Assembly (NCBI GenBank): GCA_024685775.1
Contig: JAIKVL010000004.1
Coordinates: 70,486-134,485 of the forward strand
Source of the DNA: Clostridia bacterium
GTDB lineage: Bacteria > Bacillota > Clostridia > Christensenellales > CAG-1252
Length of the DNA: 64,000 bases
Reading direction: 5' to 3'
Notes under the pieces: model-generated
What the model saw: only the letters and a program-made list of their open reading frames with translations
Database searches by the model: none
What the model was told of the DNA's origin: nothing
Shown here: positions 38,474 through 46,044 of the stretch, one piece after another
Numbering within the stretch: position 1 is the first letter of the stretch
Layout: every line of letters begins with the position of its first letter
Translations under genes and position numbers: made by a program

Positions 38474-39910
38474 TCAATAGTTTTTCCCGCGCCGACCGAG
38501 CAGTTTGTTCTTAAATCTCGCCTGCGGCGTCAGTTCTTCTTTTTTCGGAGCGCAAGGGCGCGGCTTGCTCATCAGATAATATCGGAGTTCGTCCATCGCG
38601 TGATCGTCCGCCTTTACGGGAGCGTCACCGTTTCCCCAATAATAGCCCTTGATCTCTCGGATCATATGGACGCAATTCCGAAAGATGACGATGCGCGGCG
38701 GTCGCTCTTTGAACCAACTTTTGACGCGCGCGATCCCCGACCAAAGATCCTTGTCGACCGACGTGTTGCAGATGACGCCTTTTTCATAGAAAAGATCGGC
38801 GACCGACCGCAGGGAAGCGAGCGTCTTTTGATTCGCGGCGCTGTCGATAATGCAGCGAAGTCTTCCCTTTTCATCCCGATGCCAGCCGAGTTCGTCCGCG
38901 ATCTCGTGAATGCGTTTCGCGTGGTGATCGATATCCTTTCCGCTCTCGTAATGCTCCGCGACGACGTAGACGTTTCCGTCGTAATCGACCGCGTAAAAAT
39001 GGCAGGACAGCGGATTATGAAGTCCGGGGTCGATCGAAATCGTATCGTACCACTCCCGCGGGATCTCGAACGGATCGACGACGTGGATGCTTTCGTCGAA
39101 CTCGGGATAGACCAATCCCCCTTCGTCGCCGAATTTTCCGTATCGCCTACTTTGGACGCTTTCCTCGTCGAACGCGCCGGTCAAAAGCTCGATCTCCGAC
39201 GGATCAAGATAAGGATTGTCCGCCCATTCCATCGTGATCGACCAGATCTCCGAATTGTTCTTTCGGTTCATAAAGATCTCGTCGTAGACCCACGTCCTGC
39301 CTTTCAAAGGCGTCATCGTTCCCCAGATCTCGCCCTTTCGATCCATTACGCGCATCAGACATTCTTCGTAAACGTCGCGCGGCGGTTCTTCGTCGAACCA
39401 GACGAAATCGAGCGACGCGCCCTGAAAGCGTTCTCTGCCTTGATCCGCGCTTTTGAATCCGATGCGGGAGACGCCGCCGAAGACGTTACGGATCGTTATA
39501 TAATCGATGACGCCGCCTTCGGGCGCGCTTTTTCTGCCCGATTGCATCGTGACGTCCTCGATCCATTCGGGTCGAAGATAGGATAAGATCTTACTTTGCG
39601 ACACCTCTCTTTGGACTTCGTACGTCGGCGAGACGACCCAACCGCAGACGTCTTTCCTGTTTTGCCGAAAGGGGTGGATCCCTCTCGCCCACCAAACGGC
39701 TTCCACCGCGCCGCATTCCGTTTTTCCGCTGCGATTCCCGCCGAAGACCCAGCGATTGCGTTTCGGGCATTTATGGAAGATCATCTGCTTTTCGTGGACT
39801 TTTTCTTTGTTGTATTTTCCGAGCTTATCGTGTTTTTCCCGAAAGGTTTGCAGTCGCTCGATTTCGGCGATCTTCCGTATGATCTCTTCTTGTCCGATCT
39901 TTTTTTTCAT
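38474..39910 (-). CDS. Terminase large subunit
   Basis: 478-aa ORF with the Walker A GGNRSGKT, the Walker B LDFVWFDEEP, nuclease-domain acidic residues (ISIDPG, IIDSAAN) and DDHAMDELRYYL. Confidence 0.85.
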   Translation of the reverse strand: MKKKIGQEEIIRKIAEIERLQTFREKHDKLGKYNKEKVHEKQMIFHKCPKRNRWVFGGNRSGKTECGAVEAVWWARGIHPFRQNRKDVCGWVVSPTYEVQREVSQSKILSYLRPEWIEDVTMQSGRKSAPEGGVIDYITIRNVFGGVSRIGFKSADQGRERFQGASLDFVWFDEEPPRDVYEECLMRVMDRKGEIWGTMTPLKGRTWVYDEIFMNRKNNSEIWSITMEWADNPYLDPSEIELLTGAFDEESVQSRRYGKFGDEGGLVYPEFDESIHVVDPFEIPREWYDTISIDPGLHNPLSCHFYAVDYDGNVYVVAEHYESGKDIDHHAKRIHEIADELGWHRDEKGRLRCIIDSAANQKTLASLRSVADLFYEKGVICNTSVDKDLWSGIARVKSWFKERPPRIVIFRNCVHMIREIKGYYWGNGDAPVKADDHAMDELRYYLMSKPRPCAPKKEELTPQARFKNKLLGRRGKNY

Positions 39911-39974
39911 TTCCCGACACCTTCATTTGCGTTCCGCTCTTCCCATTTTTCGAAAAATGATATATAATAGCGGT

Positions 39975-40757
39975 ATGAAACGCATTTTGCCCGTTTTTCT
40001 TCTCCTTGCGGTGATCGCCTGCTTTACCCTTGCCGCTCCCGCTTCCGCTTCCGCGGAAACCTCTTTTTATTTGAAAGTCGAGCGCGACGGAATCTCTCTT
40101 TATGAAAACACCGCGATCCAAGCCGCGATGTTTACTCTGCCGAAAACCTACTACGTAAAGATCCTTCGCCTCTCCTACGCTCCGACCTATCATTTGATCG
40201 AGTATAACGGAGTCAAAGGCTTGATCAAAATTTCCGATTTTTCGGATACGCCGGAAGAAAACGTCCCGAATCCTTATTACACGTCGACTTCCGTCACCGC
40301 GCATATAGAGACGGTTTTATATTCTTCCCCCTCTTTTTCCTCGCGCACCGAGATCGCCGCGAGCGGGCTTTCTTTGACCTATCTCGGGAAAGTGAACGGA
40401 GAAAAAGGGACGTACGACACGCCCGTCTGGTTCGCCGTCTTGTATGCGAACGAAGTCTATTATTTGCATTGTTCGCTGACGAATAATTTATCTCTGCTCG
40501 AAAGTTCTTTCGCGCCCGTTCATCCAAACAGCGTCGTTCAGCCCGATCCTTCGAACCCCGCAAGCGGGAAAGAAGCCTCATCCGAGCCGACGAAAGATTC
40601 TTTCGACGTCGTTCGACTGCTTCTGATCATCGGAATGATCGTTCCCCTTTTAGTCATCGTCTTTCTTTTATTCAAACCCCGTCGCCGCCCTTCCGCTCCG
40701 CAAAGGAGCCGCCGCTACGACCGCGAGGACGATTACGACGATTATTACGACGATTGA
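39975..40757 (+). CDS. Secreted, membrane-anchored protein carried opposite to the phage-like operon
   Basis: About 260 aa. It has a signal peptide MKRILPVFLLLAVIACFTLAAPASASA|ET, two SH3-like beta segments, a Ser/Pro linker, a TM helix (LLLIIGMIVPLLVIVFLLF) and the tail RRRPSAPQRSRRYDREDDYDDYYDD. The 39756 track start is antisense to terL, so I reject it. Confidence 0.7.
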   Translation: MKRILPVFLLLAVIACFTLAAPASASAETSFYLKVERDGISLYENTAIQAAMFTLPKTYYVKILRLSYAPTYHLIEYNGVKGLIKISDFSDTPEENVPNPYYTSTSVTAHIETVLYSSPSFSSRTEIAASGLSLTYLGKVNGEKGTYDTPVWFAVLYANEVYYLHCSLTNNLSLLESSFAPVHPNSVVQPDPSNPASGKEASSEPTKDSFDVVRLLLIIGMIVPLLVIVFLLFKPRRRPSAPQRSRRYDREDDYDDYYDD

Positions 40758-40781
40758 TCTTGTAAAAATTTCCTCCTCGTC

Positions 40782-41378
40782 TTAAACGCATTGTTCCGTT
40801 CGCGAGAATCCGCTTTCCGCCGTTTGCTGGAAGACGATCACGCGCGTTTGATACCGTTCGGAATAAGCATCGAACGCGGCGTTCTTCATTTTTTCGCGCA
40901 TCTCTCGCGCCTCGTCGTCCTCTTTAATGACCCGATTCAGCGAAACGGAGAACAAAGGTTCGTTACCGAATTCCCGAAGAATCCTCTTTTGATCGAACCC
41001 GAATCGATCGAGCGCGCAAGCGAATTCTTCGAGCGCCCGATCGAACCTTCGATACAGCGTTCGAAGCGAGATCCCGAGTTTTTTCATCAGATCCGATCTT
41101 GCCAGTGTGAATTCGTATCTCTCGCGAAGCAAGGCGGCGTTTCCGGTTTTGATTCCGGAGAGTCCCCTCTCGATCACGTATTTCATATTTACCAAATTTC
41201 TTTTTCTTTCGTTATTCTTAATAAGGCGTTCGTAAAGTCTCATCTGATCGCTCGGATAAATTGCATAGAACCCATCGAGAGCGCATTTCTCCGCGCTCCT
41301 TTCCAGCGCTTCGCAAACGTCATCGATATGCGCGTAACACGAAACGAGCGCCTTTGCTACCAACAATCTGTCTTCCAT
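40782..41378 (-). CDS. Putative transcription activator with a sigma-70 region-4-like HTH (phage late-regulator analogue)
   Basis: About 198 aa from MEDRLLVAK, with AGGAGG 6 nt upstream. LLRERYEFTLARSDLMKKLGISLRTLYRRFDRALEEF resembles region 4.2 of sigma factors and of ArpU/RinA/DUF1492-type regulators. Confidence 0.5.
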   Translation of the reverse strand: MEDRLLVAKALVSCYAHIDDVCEALERSAEKCALDGFYAIYPSDQMRLYERLIKNNERKRNLVNMKYVIERGLSGIKTGNAALLRERYEFTLARSDLMKKLGISLRTLYRRFDRALEEFACALDRFGFDQKRILREFGNEPLFSVSLNRVIKEDDEAREMREKMKNAAFDAYSERYQTRVIVFQQTAESGFSRTEQCV

Positions 41379-41413
41379 TTTTATCCTCCTTCTCAAAATC
41401 GCCCGTTGTAATG

Positions 41414-41427
41414 CGAACAAATGTTCA
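41414..41427. promoter_or_regulatory. LexA (Cheo/DinR) box candidate
   Basis: CGAACAAATGTTCA compared with the Gram-positive consensus CGAACRNRYGTTYC. Both GAAC/GTTC arms are perfect with a 4-nt spacer. It sits at about +1 to +14 of the promoter below. Confidence 0.6.
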
Positions 41428-41434
41428 CATCATC

Positions 41435-41462
41435 AATATATCACGTTTCCCTCAAAAGTCAA
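41435..41462 (-). promoter_or_regulatory. Sigma-A promoter with extended -10 driving the regulator
   Basis: Minus strand TTGACT (41462-41457), a 16-nt spacer, then TGaTATATT (-10 at 41440-41435). Confidence 0.55.
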
Positions 41463-41541
41463 TGCGGACGTGTCACTATTTTCGCATAAAAACAAAAATT
41501 GTAAAGAACGTATTAAATCTTTCGTATGTTTGGATATATTT

Positions 41542-41655
41542 TTGAACAAAAGTCAATTTTTGGCGATTTTTAAGCCTTTTTCGCCCATATTTTAATCATA
41601 ATTCATTTTTGTTCAAAATTGCAAACTTCGTGCCATAAATTTTCCGTTCAAAATT
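41542..41655. repeat. GTTCAAAATT motif set in an AT-rich spacer
   Basis: GTTCAAAATT occurs at 41611-41620 and 41646-41655 (direct repeat, 35 nt apart). An inverted partner, TTGAACAAAA, lies at 41542-41551 against TTTTGTTCAA at 41607-41616. Confidence 0.5.
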
Positions 41656-41848
41656 CAAAATGCATATTATTCGCATTTTACTCACGTTTCGATCCCGTTT
41701 TTAAGCTCCGATTCCGAGGCTTTCGAAATGCGCCTCTTGCTTTACGATTTGAGATAATTCGAAGTACGCACGAAAAATGGGACGTTTTCGATTCCATTCG
41801 TCGAAGCCGTTCGTGATAAAAAGAGAACGGATCGCGCAACCTACCATT

Positions 41849-42544
41849 ATGCTAACCGTCTTTATTCGATCGATCATCACTTACGTTTTTCTGTTGTTCA
41901 TAATGCGCCTTATGGGCAAACGCCAATTATCCGAGTTGCAGCCCTTCGAATTCGTCATAACATTGATTGTTGCGGAACTCGCCTGCATCCCGATGTCGGA
42001 CACTTCGATCCCGCTTTCTTATGGGATCATTCCGATGTTTACGATGTTTATCCTTCATATCGCGATCACGAAACTTGCGAGTAAAAATCATAAATTCAAT
42101 CGGTTTTTGAACGGCGTACCCGTCGTCGTCATCTCGCCGAGCGGGATCGATCATCGCCTTCTCGACAAATTGGATATGAACGTGACCGACCTTTTGCACG
42201 CGCTTCGCGCGGCGGGTTACTTCTATCCGAGCGAGGTCGCGTACGCGATTATGGAGACGAACGGAACGCTCAGCGTCCTGCCGAAAAGCGCGTTCGCGCC
42301 CGTCACGCCGAACGATATGAAAGTCTCGGTGGACGCAAGCGAAATGCCCTACCCGATCATCTGCGAAGGCGCGACTTTCTCCGAAAACCTCGTGATCACG
42401 GGCGTAGGCGAAGACTCGATCCGCACGCTACTCGAACGGCACGGGATCCGAAAAAGCGACGTCCTTTTGCTGACTGTGGATAAAAACCGAGAAGTCTTTT
42501 TGCAACCCTATAAGGGAAAAGCCATTACGGGAGAAACGGTATGA
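41849..42544 (+). CDS. DUF421 (YetF-family) membrane protein
   Basis: About 231 aa from MLTVFIRSIITYVFLLFIMRLMGKRQLSELQPFEFV, a typical DUF421 N-terminus. Confidence 0.8.
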   Translation: MLTVFIRSIITYVFLLFIMRLMGKRQLSELQPFEFVITLIVAELACIPMSDTSIPLSYGIIPMFTMFILHIAITKLASKNHKFNRFLNGVPVVVISPSGIDHRLLDKLDMNVTDLLHALRAAGYFYPSEVAYAIMETNGTLSVLPKSAFAPVTPNDMKVSVDASEMPYPIICEGATFSENLVITGVGEDSIRTLLERHGIRKSDVLLLTVDKNREVFLQPYKGKAITGETV

Positions 42545-42918
42545 GACGGCTGATCCTCGCCCTGTCCGTCCTCCTCTTGATCCTCGCCGCCGGGATCGCG
42601 GAACAGATCTGCATCGTCAGGATCTACGATAAAATGGGATCGAGCGCGAAAGAAGTAAAATGCGCCGTGGAAGCGGACGTTCGGACCGCGCTCCCCGCCG
42701 CGAAATCTTTGCAAGAAGAATGGCTCGGAAAGCGCAGTTTCCTTGAAGCGGTCACTCCGCATAACGAGACGAAAGAGATGGTTTTGAGGATCGCGGAGCT
42801 TATCGGATATATCGAAGCGGAGGACGATAAGTCCGCGACGGCGACTGCGGCGATCATCGTCGAAATGTGCGAAAACACCCCGCATATATTGGGTTTTCAT
42901 TGGCAACACATTTTTTAA
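42541..42918 (+). CDS. DUF4363-like small membrane-anchored protein
   Basis: 125-aa ORF with an N-terminal TM helix. Its start overlaps the DUF421 stop (ATGA), the usual DUF421/DUF4363 pairing. Confidence 0.6.
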   Translation: MRRLILALSVLLLILAAGIAEQICIVRIYDKMGSSAKEVKCAVEADVRTALPAAKSLQEEWLGKRSFLEAVTPHNETKEMVLRIAELIGYIEAEDDKSATATAAIIVEMCENTPHILGFHWQHIF

Positions 42919-43193
42919 TGAGATCATATAGGGCGCTTATGCTTCTCTACCGCATCGCTCTCGTCGATCATATACAAGCAGTATTCTCCCATCCGATCGC
43001 TTGCGGAGCGTTCGCCTAATCACTGCGCTCCGATCTCATTGGAAATAGCTATACCCGATTCCTCGTCGAGCCTCGCACTTGCAACCCTTCTGCACTTTTG
43101 CCGAAAATCAGCAATCTTAAAATCCGTTTACGGAGCGTTCGCCCGATCGCGGTTTTTTTTGTTTGATCGGAAAATCCGATAAATAAAAAGAAG

Positions 43194-43214
43194 TCCGACG
43201 CCGTCTGCGTCGGA
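43194..43214. terminator. Bidirectional terminator hairpin after uvrA
   Basis: TCCGACGC-cgtc-TGCGTCGGA with T-rich runs on both strands, 8 nt past the uvrA stop. Confidence 0.7.
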
Positions 43215-43221
43215 TCTCTTT

Positions 43222-46041
43222 TTAAGAAAGAATCTTTTTTAAGAATTCGCCCGTATAACTGCCGGGGACTTTCGCGACCTCTTCGGGGCTTCCCTCGGCA
43301 ACGATCCTACCGCCGCCGTCGCCGCCGTCCGGTCCGAGATCGACGATATAATCCGCGACCTTGATCACGTCGAGATTATGCTCGATCACGAGGACGGTAT
43401 TCCCGCTCTCGGTCAAGCGATTCAAAATCTTTATAAGTTTATCCACGTCGTAGCTGTGTAATCCCGTCGTGGGCTCATCCAAAATATAGACGGTCTTTCC
43501 CGTGCCGCGCTTCGAAAGCTCGGTCGCGAGTTTTACCCTCTGCGCTTCGCCGCCCGAAAGCTCCGTCGCGGGTTGTCCGAGCTTGATATAGCCGAGACCC
43601 ACGTCGTAAAGCGTCTTGATTCGATTATAGATTTTCGGAATATTGCGGAAGAAATCGCAGGCTTCCTCGACCGTCATATCGAGGACTTCGGCGATATTTT
43701 TTCCTTTGTAACGGACTTCGAGGGTTTCGCGGTTATAGCGTTTCCCGCCGCAGACTTCGCAGGGAACGTAGACGTCGGGAAGGAAATTCATTTCGATGCG
43801 CATCACGCCGTCGCCCGAGCAATTCTCGCATCTGCCGCCCGGGACGTTGAAACTGAACCGCCCTGAAGAGTACCCCCGCTCTTTCGCGTCGGGAGAATGC
43901 GCGAAGAGATCGCGAATGTCGTTGAAAACGCCCGTATACGTCGCGGCGTTACTCCTCGGCGTGCGCCCGATCGGGGATTGATCGATATCGATGACCTTAT
44001 CGAAATTCTCGATCCCGCGGATCTCCTTGCATTTTCCGTTTACGACTTTTTTCGCGCCGTTCAGCCTCTTCGTTAGTTCGGGATACAAAATCCCGCCGAC
44101 CAAACTGCTCTTTCCGCTTCCGCTGACGCCCGTCACGCAGGTAAAGAGCCCGACGGGGATCTTTACGTCGATATTATGAAGGTTGTTTTCGCTCGCGCCG
44201 AGGACTTCCAAAAAGCGTCCGTCGGGCTTTCTTCTCTCTTTCGGAATTTCGATCTTCATCTCGCCCGAGAGATACTTGCCCGTGATCGAGCGAGGAGATT
44301 TTTGAATATCTTCGGGGGTTCCCGTCGCCACGACTTCGCCGCCGAGGACGCCCGCCATCGGACCGATATCGACGATATAATCCGCGCTTCGGATCGTGTC
44401 TTCGTCGTGTTCGACGACGATCAGGGTATTCCCGAGATCGCGTAGGCGTTTGAGCGCGGCGATAAGTTTCTCGTTATCCTTTTGATGGAGTCCGATGCTC
44501 GGCTCGTCCAAAACGTACAAAACGCCGACGAGTCCGCTTCCGATCTGCGTGGCGAGTCGGATGCGCTGAGATTCGCCGCCCGAAAGGGTCGCGGAAGAGC
44601 GCGAAAGCGTAAGGTATCCGAGCCCGACGTTGACCAAGAAATTGAGGCGCGCTTTGATCTCTTTCATCACTTGATTCGAGATCAGTTTTTCGCGATCGTT
44701 CAACGCGAGATCATCGAAAAAGATTTGCAGATCTTTTATGCTTTTATCGCATAATTCCGCAATATTTTTTTCTCCGAGCGTGACCGCGAGCGCTTCTTTT
44801 CTGAGGCGTTTGCCGCCGCAAGCCGCGCAGGGAACGACGCGCATCAAGCGTTCGTACTCGAATTTCATAAAGACGCTGTCCGTTTCGTCGTAGCGGCGAT
44901 TGATCAAATTGACGATGCCTTCGTAGGTCGTTTTATGGCTTCCCGAGAACGCTTGCGTAACGTAGTCCACTTCGAAGACTTCGCCGTGATTTCCGTATAA
45001 AATGATATCGAGGATCTTTTTCGGGAGGTCTTTCATCGGCGTGTCGAGCGAAAAGCCGTACTTCTTCGCAAGCGCGCGCATCGTCTGCGCGACGGTCTTG
45101 GATTCCATACTCCAACCGATATTGTTGATCGCTCCGCCGTTCACGCTCTTATTCCAATCTTTGACGATCAGATCGACGTCCGCTTCGTAACGAAAACCGA
45201 TGCCGTGGCAACTCGGACACGCGCCGAACGGAGAGTTGAAACTGAAAAAGCGCGGCGTCAGTTCTTCGATATTGACGTCGCAGTCCGGGCAGGCGTACTT
45301 CGTGTTATAGAGCGTCTCTTTGCCGTCCGTCTCTGCGACGACGATGCCGCCCGTCATTTTGAGCGCGATCTCCAAGCTATCCGTCAAGCGGCGTTCCGCG
45401 CCTTCTTTGATCTTCAATCGGTCGACGACGACGGAAATATGATGTTTGAGTTGTTTATCGAGCGCGGGGATCTCGTCGTCCGCCGAATAATCAGTCCCGT
45501 CGATAATGAAGCGCAAAAAGCCCTGTTTTTTATAGCCTTCGATCTGCCTGCCGTACTCGCCTTTCCTTCCGCGAACGACGGGCGCGAGGACGCGGACTTT
45601 CGCGCCTTCTCCCGCCGCCATAACGCTGTCCGTGATCTGGTCGATCGAGGTCTCTTTGATCTCTTTCCCGCAGTTCGGGCAGTGAGGAATGCCGATACGC
45701 GCGTATAAAAGACGCATAAAATCGTAGATCTCCGTCGTCGTCCCGACGGTGGATCTCGGGTTTCGACTCGTCGTCTTTTGGTCGATCGAGATCGCGGGCG
45801 AAAGCCCTTCGATATAGTCGACGTCCGGTTTATCCGCTCTGCCGATAAATTGGCGCGCGTAAGAAGAGAGACTTTCGACGTAACGCCTTTGCCCTTCGGC
45901 AAAGATCGTGTCGAACGCAAGCGAAGATTTCCCGCTTCCGGAAAGACCGGTAAAAACGGTCAGTTTGTTTTTCGGGATCGAAACGTCGATATTCTTTAAG
46001 TTGTTTTGACGCGCCCCTTTTATCGTTAAATTCTCGTCCAT
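43222..46041 (-). CDS. uvrA: Excinuclease ABC subunit A
   Basis: 939-aa ORF with two ABC modules ([23 protein letters not shown] x2) and zinc-finger cysteines. Confidence 0.97.
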   Translation of the reverse strand: MDENLTIKGARQNNLKNIDVSIPKNKLTVFTGLSGSGKSSLAFDTIFAEGQRRYVESLSSYARQFIGRADKPDVDYIEGLSPAISIDQKTTSRNPRSTVGTTTEIYDFMRLLYARIGIPHCPNCGKEIKETSIDQITDSVMAAGEGAKVRVLAPVVRGRKGEYGRQIEGYKKQGFLRFIIDGTDYSADDEIPALDKQLKHHISVVVDRLKIKEGAERRLTDSLEIALKMTGGIVVAETDGKETLYNTKYACPDCDVNIEELTPRFFSFNSPFGACPSCHGIGFRYEADVDLIVKDWNKSVNGGAINNIGWSMESKTVAQTMRALAKKYGFSLDTPMKDLPKKILDIILYGNHGEVFEVDYVTQAFSGSHKTTYEGIVNLINRRYDETDSVFMKFEYERLMRVVPCAACGGKRLRKEALAVTLGEKNIAELCDKSIKDLQIFFDDLALNDREKLISNQVMKEIKARLNFLVNVGLGYLTLSRSSATLSGGESQRIRLATQIGSGLVGVLYVLDEPSIGLHQKDNEKLIAALKRLRDLGNTLIVVEHDEDTIRSADYIVDIGPMAGVLGGEVVATGTPEDIQKSPRSITGKYLSGEMKIEIPKERRKPDGRFLEVLGASENNLHNIDVKIPVGLFTCVTGVSGSGKSSLVGGILYPELTKRLNGAKKVVNGKCKEIRGIENFDKVIDIDQSPIGRTPRSNAATYTGVFNDIRDLFAHSPDAKERGYSSGRFSFNVPGGRCENCSGDGVMRIEMNFLPDVYVPCEVCGGKRYNRETLEVRYKGKNIAEVLDMTVEEACDFFRNIPKIYNRIKTLYDVGLGYIKLGQPATELSGGEAQRVKLATELSKRGTGKTVYILDEPTTGLHSYDVDKLIKILNRLTESGNTVLVIEHNLDVIKVADYIVDLGPDGGDGGGRIVAEGSPEEVAKVPGSYTGEFLKKILS

Positions 46042-46044
46042 TTT

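Larger units (their letters stand above)
29505..41462 (-). mobile_element. Phage-derived head/packaging/short-tail module (defective prophage or domesticated GTA-like element)
   Basis: Holds terL, terS-like, portal, scaffold, capsid, tail-hub candidates, a holin and an upstream regulator, all co-directional, tightly packed and intact. I saw no integrase, repressor, replication or lysin genes. The flanks are housekeeping genes. Confidence 0.65.

Noticed and set aside
39756-39974. The upstream start of the 333-aa plus-strand ORF, which would overlap terL.
   Set aside because: The first 73 codons are antisense to the terL 5' end and are Phe/Ser/Cys-rich. They would bury the obvious signal peptide that begins at 39975.
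41619-41816. The 65-aa ORF in the AT-rich spacer upstream of DUF421, and the 94-aa ORF at 41261-41545.
   Set aside because: They have no SD sites and odd composition. They overlap the regulator gene, its promoter or the repeat region, and are most likely non-coding.
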